Positions 41,286 through 50,566 of a stretch of 64,000 bases of DNA are shown piece by piece. Position numbers and translations under genes: made by a program. Each line of letters begins with the position of its first letter. The first letter of the stretch is position 1. The notes beneath the pieces are model-generated. The model was not told the DNA's origin. It was given only the letters and a program-made list of their open reading frames with translations, and made no database searches. The DNA comes from Verrucomicrobiota bacterium (GTDB taxonomy: Bacteria; Verrucomicrobiota; Verrucomicrobiia; Limisphaerales; Palsa-1400): contig JBEKYR010000008.1 in assembly GCA_049510745.1 (NCBI GenBank), forward strand, positions 160,001-224,000, read 5' to 3'.

Positions 41286-42146
41286 ATGCGGACTCTGGCT
41301 CAAGCTTACTGGGACCTGATTCGCGGTGCGAAAAAATGGTTGGCCCTTACTCTTTGCCTTTTCTGCTTCGGATTCGCAGCAGCAGTAGTGTTTGGCATTG
41401 CAAACCCGACCCTGATTGAACAAGTGGTGGAGCACCTTCATGGAAATCCTGAGACGGGATTTCCAGCCTTCGTCCTCTTCCTTAAGCATAACTTGACGGC
41501 CCTGCTTATCATCTGGTGCGGAGGCTTCGTCCCTGCCATTGCCCCCCTGTTCAACATCCTTGCAACGGGATTTATCCTTGGCACCTTGCTCGTGGACAGA
41601 GGAGTTCTCTACTCGTTTCTCTCCATTTTTCCGCACGGCATCGTCGAGATCCCGGCTATCCTCGTGGGGAACGCCTTTTCGTTGAGACTCGGCTTGAGGT
41701 GGATTTTCCAGAAGACTGCAGGCGAGCGCAAGCGGACCTTTGTTACAGATTTACAGAACAGCCTTAAGATCGGTCTTGTGTGCATGTTTCTGATCGTTAT
41801 TGCGGCTATGATTGAGACTTTTGCCACACCCAAAATCCTGGCGGCTTACGAGAGAGGGCATCTGGCCGGTATCGGCGTTCAGCTCGCAGTGCATGAGCAC
41901 CAGCTTACGATTACTCATGTCTTCCCCGACAGCCCAGCCTCGAAAGCCGGGCTCGTTTCCGGCCTGGTCATCCACAAAATTGATGGCGTCGAGACTGCTG
42001 GCAAGGACATCCGGCAATGCCGTGAAATGCTCCACGGCCGGGTTGGCACGAAGGTCAGACTTGAGCTGATCGACACTGCACGAAACCAGACAAACAGCAT
42101 CGAATTGGTGCGGGACTTATTGCCACACTTTTACCTTCCCCTATAG
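41286..42146 (+). CDS. SpoIIM-family membrane protein fused to a C-terminal PDZ domain
   Basis: F..HN, PHGIVEIPAI and AAMIE (SpoIIM); GIGVQL..V.PDSPA.KAGL..G..I.KIDG..G.VGTKV.L (PDZ). Confidence 0.8.
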   Translation: MRTLAQAYWDLIRGAKKWLALTLCLFCFGFAAAVVFGIANPTLIEQVVEHLHGNPETGFPAFVLFLKHNLTALLIIWCGGFVPAIAPLFNILATGFILGTLLVDRGVLYSFLSIFPHGIVEIPAILVGNAFSLRLGLRWIFQKTAGERKRTFVTDLQNSLKIGLVCMFLIVIAAMIETFATPKILAAYERGHLAGIGVQLAVHEHQLTITHVFPDSPASKAGLVSGLVIHKIDGVETAGKDIRQCREMLHGRVGTKVRLELIDTARNQTNSIELVRDLLPHFYLPL

Positions 42147-42492
42147 CCCGCTCAGCGGCTCAGCTCAACTGCAACGTATCCGCCTGCCCTCCGACAGCTT
42201 GGGTAAACCGCTGCGCTGGCCCCCAGAGCACGGCGGATACACTGCTTCACGTTACTCGAATGCGGACAGATCAGCTATTGTTGATCGGGGTCGGAGGACT
42301 TCAGCCCTGCAATTTTTCACAAGCAATTTCTTAGCGGCGCAAGATGGCGGAGGGCTGGGCAGTCAAGGTGGAGCGCAGCAGGGCACGGGGGCACGTGGCG
42401 AGCAATACCTTGACGGCCCGGCCCGGAGCCATAGGCTGGGCGCGGCGCAATTGCTTGGCGCTCCATTGTCTTTCGGCCGTCAGGCCGCTCGA

Positions 42493-42578
42493 CTTCATCC
42501 CCGGCCAACTCTTTGGTGGGGCGACGCCGCGCCCACAAACGGTCATCCCGACAATCTGTTCCAGTCTCCTGCCGAGCC
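42493..42578 (+). repeat. Direct repeat B, copy 1
   Basis: CTTCATCCCCGGCCAACTCTTTGGT...CGGTCATCCCGACAAT.TGTT...GCCGAGCC, also at 45313-45398. Confidence 0.9.
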
Positions 42579-42815
42579 GCTTTGGCGAACCGTCGTCCGG
42601 CTCAGCAGAGTTGTCCGTCCGTGTTTGTCCGTGTCCGCCATAGTTTCAACGAAGGCGGAAGCCTTGCGACGGCGGATACTTCAGCCCTCAAACTGGCCCA
42701 CTTCGAAATGGAAAAATGACCCGAGGAAGCTCGCTTTCGGCGGGACAACGCAGCACTCTTGAGAAAAGAAAAATCTTTTTGATGAATCATTAGCCTGCAA
42801 CGCTCCACTGCTGTG

Positions 42816-44351
42816 ATGAAATTCAAGCAAATACTATTTCTTGTCTTGTTGGCGGTCACGGCTTTGGTTCTGGCGGGCTGCGCGAGCCATCTGCCGAATA
42901 CCTATGTTCTTTTCCCAAAAGCTTCCGTCAACGCACACCCGGCGCGCATGCAGTTGGACACCGGTGCGTCTTCCACCGTGCTGTTCTCTATGCGGGCCAG
43001 GCGGCTGGGCCTGAAATCGGCCGAAATATCCGAACCGACGCCAATGACGTTCGATGGTCAAAGCTTCACGGCACCGCTCCCCATGTTCCGCTTCTCGTTG
43101 TTATTCCGCCTGGCTCTCCTTAGAAAACAATGGGTTCCGCCGGACGGGGTTGTTGGCTGGCCCGAAATCCGGGACAATATCCTGGTCTTCGACGCGGACC
43201 GGCGCACGGTTCGCAGCGTGCAACAACTGCCGCCAGAAACCGCCGGATGGCTCAAATTGAAAGTGGTGCCGGGCGATTGGCTGCTGCTCGAAGTGGCGAT
43301 GGCGGACGGCAAAACCGGCACGATCGAGGTGGATACCGGCTCTGTTTTCGGCGTCGAAATGCCGCCAGCACAGTGGAAGGAATGGAAGGCGGCCCATCCC
43401 AAGTCCTCCTTGCCTTCTCATCTGGGCGGCGCCGGTTCTTTTGGTGTCCACATTTGGCACATGGGTTGGGCGGACGAAATCGATCTCGGGACGCTCCTAG
43501 TGACCGATGTCGTTGTGCAAGACATGCCCGCCGCCCAAGGGGCCGTGATCCAGAGCTGCGCCCCCAACGCCAAAGCCGTCTGGAGCATTGGCATGTGTGC
43601 CCTGAACCGCGTGGACTTGGTGGTGGATGCGAAAAACGGGTTTGCCTACGTCCACCCCAAACCTCCGCCCGGACCGCCTTATCCCGGGGTTGAACGTCTG
43701 GCTGCCCGGCAGGTCATGACCAACCCTCCTGTCACCGGCGGGAATTGGACCGTCGCGGACGACGTGCGATTGAGCCCCGACAACCTTTTCCTCATCTCGG
43801 GTAACTCTAAGCGCAACAAGGACAATTGGGCCGGCGCCCTCGCTGATTTCAACCGCGCCCTGGAAATTAGCCCGAACAATGCCGACGCTTATTCCCGCCG
43901 CGGCGTGGCCAGGCAAATCGAGGGCGACTTTTCGGGCGCCCTCTCAGACTACGACAAGTTCATCGCATTGAAACCTGACGCTTCAGACTGGGAGCGTCTG
44001 TATCGCCAGACTTTGTTGTGGCGGCTGGGCCGGGCGCCGGAAGATTTTTCAAAGTCACTGGCCGGATGCAAGGACGGTTGGACGAAAACCCTCGCCCTGT
44101 TTCTGGCGGAGAAGCTGGACGAAAAGGCCTTGCTCGCGGCGGCGGAGAAGAGCGACGGCGAGCCGGTGCCCCAGCAGAGAGCCTTGGCCTCTTATTATAT
44201 CGGCGTCATGCGTCTGAGCAAAGGCGACAAGGCGGGCGCACGGGATTCCTTTCGCAAATGCCGGGCTGCCGGCATGAAGGGCGATGATGAATATCACTTC
44301 GCCGTCGCGGAGTTGCGGCGGCTGTCGCGGCCGGTCTGGCCCTGGAATTAA
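42816..44351 (+). CDS. Lipoprotein with two retropepsin-like aspartyl protease motifs and C-terminal TPR repeats
   Basis: Lipobox LAGC; LDTGAS and VDTGS; GA.ADF.RALE..P..A.AY..RG TPRs. Confidence 0.78.
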   Translation: MKFKQILFLVLLAVTALVLAGCASHLPNTYVLFPKASVNAHPARMQLDTGASSTVLFSMRARRLGLKSAEISEPTPMTFDGQSFTAPLPMFRFSLLFRLALLRKQWVPPDGVVGWPEIRDNILVFDADRRTVRSVQQLPPETAGWLKLKVVPGDWLLLEVAMADGKTGTIEVDTGSVFGVEMPPAQWKEWKAAHPKSSLPSHLGGAGSFGVHIWHMGWADEIDLGTLLVTDVVVQDMPAAQGAVIQSCAPNAKAVWSIGMCALNRVDLVVDAKNGFAYVHPKPPPGPPYPGVERLAARQVMTNPPVTGGNWTVADDVRLSPDNLFLISGNSKRNKDNWAGALADFNRALEISPNNADAYSRRGVARQIEGDFSGALSDYDKFIALKPDASDWERLYRQTLLWRLGRAPEDFSKSLAGCKDGWTKTLALFLAEKLDEKALLAAAEKSDGEPVPQQRALASYYIGVMRLSKGDKAGARDSFRKCRAAGMKGDDEYHFAVAELRRLSRPVWPWN

Positions 44352-44528
44352 ACCTCCCGGCGCAGGAAATTCCTTACGGTCAATTGCACCAGCGCCTGCT
44401 GGTCGCCCGCAAGGTATTGGAATGGCCGTCGCCGCCCGCCCCGCCGTCCTCGTGAGGGCAAACGCATCTTATGTTTTGGTAGGGCCGTGCTGCCGCGCGG
44501 CCACTGACTATTGCAGTGCGTTAAAAAA
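44316..44528 (+). repeat. Direct repeat A, copy 2 (displaced 3' end of FAD oxidoreductase plus one REP)
   Basis: Encodes AAVAAGLALELNLPAQEIPYGQLHQRLLVARKVLEWP vs AAVAAGLALEKNVPVQEIPYGQLRQRLLAARQVLEWP in copy 1. Confidence 0.9.
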
Positions 44529-44549
44529 GACATTTATTCCAATGAGCGT

Positions 44550-44981
44550 TCATCCGGACTGTAAAGTCTCCGGGTGAACCGTTCGCCAAAGAGCGACAAA
44601 TTCAGCGGGAGTCACCACACGCGCTCCACGACATTTGTCCGGCGGATAGTCAGCCGTATTGCCCGTAACAAGATAATCGGCCGGGGCCGCCAACGCGACG
44701 GCAAGAAACGGCTCGTCGTCACGGTCGGGCAATCCAAATGCCGCAGGGGATGGAGAGACCGAAACACCATCCGCTTCAAGTTTGCTCAGAACGTCCCGGA
44801 CCTGTTGCGGATCGAATTTGAAATGGGGTCGGGCCAAGACTTCCGCATATTCGGAAAGAATGCGCCCATCATAGCATCCTTGCACCACTCCCCGCAGCGC
44901 CAGCGACAGAACTGTCGCGGGATTTCCTTTGCTGTTTAAGAGACCCGACACGAGAACGTTGGTGTCGAGCACAATTCTCAC
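44550..44981 (-). CDS. PIN-domain toxin (type II TA)
   Basis: IVLDTNVLVSGLL, EY.EVL.R, PD.DD.PFL..A, LVTGN..D. Confidence 0.9.
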   Translation of the reverse strand: MRIVLDTNVLVSGLLNSKGNPATVLSLALRGVVQGCYDGRILSEYAEVLARPHFKFDPQQVRDVLSKLEADGVSVSPSPAAFGLPDRDDEPFLAVALAAPADYLVTGNTADYPPDKCRGARVVTPAEFVALWRTVHPETLQSG

Positions 44982-45268
44982 TGCCGGGGGCGGGTTTGGC
45001 GCGCCGCGTCGATTTCCGCGTCAATCTCGTTCAGGGAGAGGCGGAAAGTTCCATTGGCCTCGGCGGACTTTTGCAGCGCCGCCATGGCTTGCAGGGCCCG
45101 CACGCTGCGAAGCGCGGCAAGAGTGGGCCCCAGACTTTCCGAATCGACAGACAGCAAAACCGCCACGGGATCGCCTTGAGAGGTGACGACCAAGCCGTCC
45201 CGATCGGTCGCTTTGAACCATTGCTCGGCCGGTTGCTGTTTCAGTTCATTGATGCTTATCGTGCTCAC
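44978..45268 (-). CDS. Phd/YefM-like antitoxin
   Basis: TISINELK...VVT..G.PVAVL...EI.AEI.AAR; 4-bp overlap with the toxin; GTG start inferred. Confidence 0.8.
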   Translation of the reverse strand: MSTISINELKQQPAEQWFKATDRDGLVVTSQGDPVAVLLSVDSESLGPTLAALRSVRALQAMAALQKSAEANGTFRLSLNEIDAEIDAARQTRPRQ

Positions 45269-45312
45269 TCGGCAAAATCTACCGCATCCGCACCTCAATT
45301 TCCAATCCTAAT

Positions 45313-45398
45313 CTTCATCCCCGGCCAACTCTTTGGTAGGGCAAGGCGGCACCGCCAAGCGGTCATCCCGACAATTTGTTCTGGTTGCCCGCCGAGCC
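45313..45398 (+). repeat. Direct repeat B, copy 2
   Basis: Matches 42493-42578; contains a GGTAGGGC REP-like start. Confidence 0.9.
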
Positions 45399-45606
45399 AT
45401 TTACCCTTTGCGAGGAATTCACCGGCACTCCAAGAGCCTGTTTGCACACAGATCGATGCTGGGATTGTGAGCGCTGCGGGGCGACCTGCACCCAGGCACT
45501 GCGCGAATCAAAAGCTCTAAAAGCGGGCGAATATGAATATGGTGGGCAAGCCTTGCAAAAACAGAAAGGGGCCAACAGCCTTTTCAAGTGAATTCCTCAA
45601 CGCCCG

Positions 45607-46839
45607 TCACAAATTTGGATAGGGAGTCCATCTGTCCATTTGATCATAATTCTTGGAGCCGCGATTGTTGGTTGCCTGCCAGACCACGTCGAAAACGGGT
45701 TTCAAAATCGGGTCCGGTAAAATGTCAAACGTGTCAATTATCAGTTCCGGCAGCGGCAGAATATCGGACTCAAAAGGCGTTGTTTCGTCGAAGTCGCGCC
45801 ACCTGTTATCTGTTCCAATCTCCAGCCCTTTAACTCTGACGAGACTCATCATGAAAACAAATGGTGGTTCAACATTCATCTGCTTGTAAACAGTCAGGAA
45901 ATGATGCAACCCATGACGAGCCATTCCTTCGAGGGAAATTGCATCGAGCACTTTGTGCCGCTTGGCCGCTTTTTCTTCCTCGGAACATAGGCTCTGGCTG
46001 AAATCCAGAAACTTGCAACTGAAAACCGACTCAATCGGGCCGTATCGGAAAACCTGCACATAAGCACGTTTCGTTTGACCAGATGCCGGGAATGACAGGA
46101 AACCATCGAAATTAAACCGTTCCCGCGAAACTGGATCATGAAAGGGCTGGATTGATGCTATTTTCGTGGCAGGAATCGTCAAGTCTTCCATTCCTGCTCG
46201 CCCGCTCGGTCTGAGCGGATAAAAATGGAGAACACAGTGAGGGCACAGAGCAAGCGGAAGCGGGGTCTCTCCTCTTTCGATTTTTGTCAATCTATCTGTG
46301 CGGAAAACTTCAACCCGGCTTTTCAGCGTGGCGGACATGTCACACGCGTTTCGAATCTCCCGCATATCCAACTGGTATTTCCCCGCACTCGTTCTGGAGT
46401 AAAAGGGTGATTGTTTCTCAAACGCAACCATGTGAGGAAAAGCCCAGCTTTTCGGAACGCGAATGACAATCACCCGGCCAGAGGCAAATCCCTCGATTGC
46501 CTTCATTTTGATGCCAGGAATGCGCGGATCAATATGTGACTGCAATACTTGTTCAAGTCGTCGCAGTTCGAGGTCCACATTGATTCCAGGCAGCCCCACA
46601 ATTGCTTCGGGAATTCCGGTTGCCTTTCCTGCTTCGCGTTTATCACGTATTCCGTAAATGAGATCGCCTCCGTCTGCGTTTGCAAACGAGGATACGTCAG
46701 AAAGAAATTCCTTTTTGTCGCTGTTCGCGCTGGCAGGAAGCCGCTCTTTGTATTCAATCGTCCGGGATTCGGCGACTGGGGTCGCAACCAGCGCCTCGAT
46801 GTCTGCCCTTGAAATGGCATCAAATTCTTTTCCAATCAT
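45607..46839 (-). CDS. AlbA_2 / Schlafen-like domain protein
   Basis: ESRTIEYK, DVSSFANADGGDLIYGI, FY.RT..G...LD..EIR; visibly AT-richer than the host genes. Confidence 0.82.
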   Translation of the reverse strand: MIGKEFDAISRADIEALVATPVAESRTIEYKERLPASANSDKKEFLSDVSSFANADGGDLIYGIRDKREAGKATGIPEAIVGLPGINVDLELRRLEQVLQSHIDPRIPGIKMKAIEGFASGRVIVIRVPKSWAFPHMVAFEKQSPFYSRTSAGKYQLDMREIRNACDMSATLKSRVEVFRTDRLTKIERGETPLPLALCPHCVLHFYPLRPSGRAGMEDLTIPATKIASIQPFHDPVSRERFNFDGFLSFPASGQTKRAYVQVFRYGPIESVFSCKFLDFSQSLCSEEEKAAKRHKVLDAISLEGMARHGLHHFLTVYKQMNVEPPFVFMMSLVRVKGLEIGTDNRWRDFDETTPFESDILPLPELIIDTFDILPDPILKPVFDVVWQATNNRGSKNYDQMDRWTPYPNL

Positions 46840-47038
46840 ACCGATCTTTTGAACACTCTTCGACGAAGAATTTTATACGGCAGGCCGCGCCTATGGAGGA
46901 CGTGGCCGTCCGGCTCTGTCCTAAGCCGTTAAAAATTTCGCGGTTTACTGTCCGACTCTCCCGACTACGCCAGATTTGTTTGTACGGTGAAATTCAAACG
47001 CCTTTCCGCCGAGGCGTCAACCCCAATGGTACGGCTGA

Positions 47039-47058
47039 CGACCAACTGATTAAGAGTC
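47039..47058 (-). other. tRNA-Lys(CTT)-like fragment, possible att site remnant
   Basis: Minus strand GACTCTTAATCAGTTGGTCG matches an anticodon loop, 3' anticodon stem and variable loop; no D or T arm. Confidence 0.55.
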
Positions 47059-47163
47059 CGTCTCCGGCTATCGCAAAGAGTTGAGTATCAACAAACGTGG
47101 AATTTTGATGCCATTTGTGGGGCCAAACGGACGGACGCTGTGAAGGTGCCCGGGCGTCTGGAG

Positions 47164-47520
47164 TTAGAAGTCGTACCACTCCCAATTATTAACGCGCGGC
47201 CCGTCCGGAAGAATGACAAGGATGACGACCAGGCGTTTCTCCGTAACGCCATATCTTTCCCACCGGTAAGTCCATGCGGTGCCGTCCCATGGCGCGGGGG
47301 TCGCTTGTCCGTAAACGCTGGCGCTGGTTTCGTCAGGCCGCCCAAGTAGCGCCCGGACATTCTCCGCGGTTTGGCCAGGCCAGAGTCTCAGTGCGGCCTC
47401 TCGCGCCTGCTCCAGGGTGACGCCGTCGCGGTCAGAAGGGGGGTCGGGCCGGAAATCCAACGGCTGCGGGGCTTGGCAAGCGGTCAGCCATAACGCGAGG
47501 AGCGGGACGGCGGTTTTCAT
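47164..47520 (-). CDS. Small lipoprotein (SmpA/BamE-like fold possible)
   Basis: Lipobox LTAC; L.PGQT.E.VR.LLG.P; W.Y. Confidence 0.7.
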   Translation of the reverse strand: MKTAVPLLALWLTACQAPQPLDFRPDPPSDRDGVTLEQAREAALRLWPGQTAENVRALLGRPDETSASVYGQATPAPWDGTAWTYRWERYGVTEKRLVVILVILPDGPRVNNWEWYDF

Positions 47521-48245
47521 GGGTAGAGTTTAGCTCCGGATTCCTTTTTTGGCAACGGAGAAACGGCATTGGCCACGCTGATGATGGCCAGGCGGAGGGC
47601 TTCATTGGTGGGAATGTAAATGTTCATCAACCCATAGTTTCGTTCGATTTTGTCGCAGGGGTCACCCATCGGACCGCCCGCTTTTTAACTTCTCTCGTTG
47701 ATTTCAGCGAACGCGGCGACGGCTCAACCAATCGGATTTTTTGCCACCTCTTTGCCGGCCCCAGGCAGCCTGTCCGGCACGGATAGAGGCGCCAACAAAT
47801 ATCTGTGTCAATCTGTGTGAATCTGTGGCCCGCACCCTTGGCCGTCGGTCCATCCGCCCTCCTTGCCCCACTCACTCATTCACTGATTCACTCATTCTTA
47901 TATTCGCTTTTTTTTCCTTCCGTAGGTTTTTCCCGTTGACAGACCTGTGCTTAAATCGAGCCAGCATGAATGATACATGCAAAAGGCAGACTGCTGAGTG
48001 CGGCCCGGTCAACACCGGCCCGTGGCTCGGAGACCTCTCCCATCGGATCAGCCATTCGTCGCATTCGTCCCCTTGGTCCCATTGGCTCCCCAATCAAGCC
48101 AGTCAAACCATGCATGTTCGCCCTCACGTCCGACATTTGCCGTCTTCTACAGGTGACAAACTTGACGCAAAAACTCAATCCTGCGCCGGTCCAAACGCAG
48201 ACGCCATGCACCGCCAGCATCGGAAACTACCCGTAGAGGCGGCAA

Positions 48246-48341
48246 AAAATGCCGGATTCAAACCGGAAAACGAATTTAAAAACCCGGAAAAATCCGGCCA
48301 AATCCCGGAAAATCCGGCTAAATCCGGCTAAATCGGGCCAA
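48246..48341. repeat. Degenerate ~9-10-bp tandem repeat (AAATCCGGC)
   Basis: AAAATCCGGCCAAATCCCGGAAAATCCGGCTAAATCCGGCTAAATCGGGCCA. Confidence 0.7.
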
Positions 48342-48424
48342 AAAATGAAAATCCACAAAATGCCAGGATTTGGCGACGGCGACCAGTGACGAAAAACCTC
48401 ACAAGTGCCAAAGGAAACGGGTCT

Positions 48425-49495
48425 TCATCCTTCATCCTTCTTCCTTGTTTGCAGCCGGCAGAGCGCCTCCAACACCTTTCGATGCGCGCTCGTGAACGCC
48501 AGTTGTCTTGCCTCTGCCATGCTTTTCCAGGCGCCGGGCGGTTCCTGGCTGACCGGGAGGTTGGCGCGGAAGGCCTCGAGCAGAATCCGCGAGCGCGTGA
48601 TCGTGTGCCGGACCCGGAAAAACGGGCCGCCGCGGCCAATGGAAAACGGGGCGGCCTTACTCGCCAGGTTCCTGGTCTTGACTGGGATTTCGATATTGGG
48701 AAATTCCCACAGGCCCGCGTTCACGCCGCCGCCCGGACGACGCCGCACGAAAATTCGGCCGCGCCGGCGCGCGATGAACGCGATGAAGCGCCGTCGGCGG
48801 GCGGGTGTCCGCCGGGCCGGGGCGGGAAAGTCCCCCACTCGATTCTCCCGCCGGGCGAAACACTCCCGGCACGCCGGACAGAGGGCGCATTTGGGCCGGC
48901 GCGGCAGGCAGATCAAGGCGCCCAATTCCATCAGCGCCTGGTTGAGTTGCGACGGCTCGACGCCGCGCAGCGAGACCAGCGCCCGCGCCAGGTTCCAGAG
49001 TTTGGTGTTGACGCTTTTGCCGCGCGGGTCGCCCGCAATGCCGAAGAGCCGGCTCAACACGCGAATCACGTTGCCGTCGAGGACGGGCGCGGGTTGGTTG
49101 AAGGCGATGCTACAGATCGCCCCGGCGGTGTAACGGCCGACGCCGGGCAGCGCCAGCACATCGTCAAAGGCCTCGGGAAAACGGCCCGCATGGTGGCGCA
49201 CGATCTGCCGGGCGGCGGCTTGGGCGTTGCGGACGCGGTTGTAATAGCCCAGGCCCTCCCACAGTTTCAGGATTTTCGCCAAGGGGGCGCGAGCGAAGGC
49301 CTCCACCGTCGGCAGCGTCCGCATCCATCGCTCAAAATAGGGGATGACGGTCTTGACCTGCGTCTGCTGGAGCATGATTTCGGAAATCCAGACGGCGTAG
49401 GGGTCCCGGGTCTGGCGCCAGGGAAGGTCGCGCGCGTTTATGCGGTACCAGGCGGCCAGTTTTTTCGCGATGCGGCGCATTTTGCGCCGCCACAT
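48425..49495 (-). CDS. mutY: A/G-specific adenine glycosylase
   Basis: RDLPWR, WISEIMLQQT, WEGLGYY.R, LPGVG.YTA, DGNV.RV, C..R.PKC..CP....C. Confidence 0.95.
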   Translation of the reverse strand: MWRRKMRRIAKKLAAWYRINARDLPWRQTRDPYAVWISEIMLQQTQVKTVIPYFERWMRTLPTVEAFARAPLAKILKLWEGLGYYNRVRNAQAAARQIVRHHAGRFPEAFDDVLALPGVGRYTAGAICSIAFNQPAPVLDGNVIRVLSRLFGIAGDPRGKSVNTKLWNLARALVSLRGVEPSQLNQALMELGALICLPRRPKCALCPACRECFARRENRVGDFPAPARRTPARRRRFIAFIARRRGRIFVRRRPGGGVNAGLWEFPNIEIPVKTRNLASKAAPFSIGRGGPFFRVRHTITRSRILLEAFRANLPVSQEPPGAWKSMAEARQLAFTSAHRKVLEALCRLQTRKKDEG

Positions 49496-49597
49496 CTAAA
49501 CCGGAACACTTCAGTTGAACAGGAAGAAACAGGCGGCAGAGGCTTGAAATCGAAGGGCCAATTGACGGGAGATTACGATTACGATTAAGATCAGGAC

Positions 49598-50563
49598 GTG
49601 AAACCGTTGACCAGTTATACGTGCAAATTGACCGACGCCCAGGCGGCGGCGCTGGAGGCGCATTTGCGCGGGCACGATTTCAAATTTCGCGAGGTGCCTT
49701 ACGCCCGTTTTGCCGGGGAAAAGGAGAAAACCAACGTGGTGTTTTACCAGAGCGGCAAGCTCGTCGTGCAGGGTAAGGGAACCCAGGACTTCGTCGAGTT
49801 TGTCCTCGAACCGCTCATTTTGCAGGCGGTCAAGCTGGGCTACGAAACGGTTTTGAACCCGGAGTTGCTCGCCCCGCGCATCGGCGTGGATGAGAGCGGC
49901 AAGGGCGATTTTTTCGGCCCGCTCTGCGTGGCAGGCGTTTATATCAATGAAGCGGTGGTCAAACGCTGGCAGGACGCCGGCATCCGCGATTCCAAGAATA
50001 TCGGCAGCGACCGGAGAATCGCCGAGTTGGCGCAATTGATTCGCGACACGCCGGGCTGTCTGTTCAACGTCGTGCCCATCGGCAACGAAGCCTACAACCG
50101 GCTGCACGCGAAACTCAAAAGCGTCAACACCCTCCTGGCGTGGGGCCATGCCCGCGTCATCGAGAACCTGATGGCCGTCGCCTATCGCATGAACCCAAAG
50201 CCGGTGCGCGCGATCAGCGATCAGTTTGCGCATGACAAAGGCGTCATTGCCAAGGCCCTGATGCCGCTGGGGCGGAGCGTCGAGCTGGTGCAACGGCACA
50301 AGGCGGAGGAGGACCTGGCCGTCGCGGCGGCGTCCATTCTGGCGCGCAATGAATTTGTCACGCGCCTGCGCGACCTGGGCAAACACTACGAGATGGAATT
50401 TCCCAAAGGCGGCTCGGCCGCCGTCGATGCCGCCGCCAAAGAATTTGTCGCCCGGCACGGCGCGGAGAACCTGGGCAAAGTGGCCAAGATGCATTTCCGC
50501 ACCGCCTTGCGCGCCCAAGGGCTGCCCGAACCGCCCAAGGTGAAATGGAAACGGCGCGGGTGA
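49598..50563 (+). CDS. rnhC: Ribonuclease HIII
   Basis: N-terminal TBP-like Y.SGKLVVQG; IGVDESGKGDFFGPL, DSK, DQF, VAAASILAR. Confidence 0.93.
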   Translation: MKPLTSYTCKLTDAQAAALEAHLRGHDFKFREVPYARFAGEKEKTNVVFYQSGKLVVQGKGTQDFVEFVLEPLILQAVKLGYETVLNPELLAPRIGVDESGKGDFFGPLCVAGVYINEAVVKRWQDAGIRDSKNIGSDRRIAELAQLIRDTPGCLFNVVPIGNEAYNRLHAKLKSVNTLLAWGHARVIENLMAVAYRMNPKPVRAISDQFAHDKGVIAKALMPLGRSVELVQRHKAEEDLAVAAASILARNEFVTRLRDLGKHYEMEFPKGGSAAVDAAAKEFVARHGAENLGKVAKMHFRTALRAQGLPEPPKVKWKRRG

Positions 50564-50566
50564 GGG

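Noticed and set aside
41286..47520. Integron cassette array
   Set aside because: No intI, no convincing attC sites, and mixed gene orientations.
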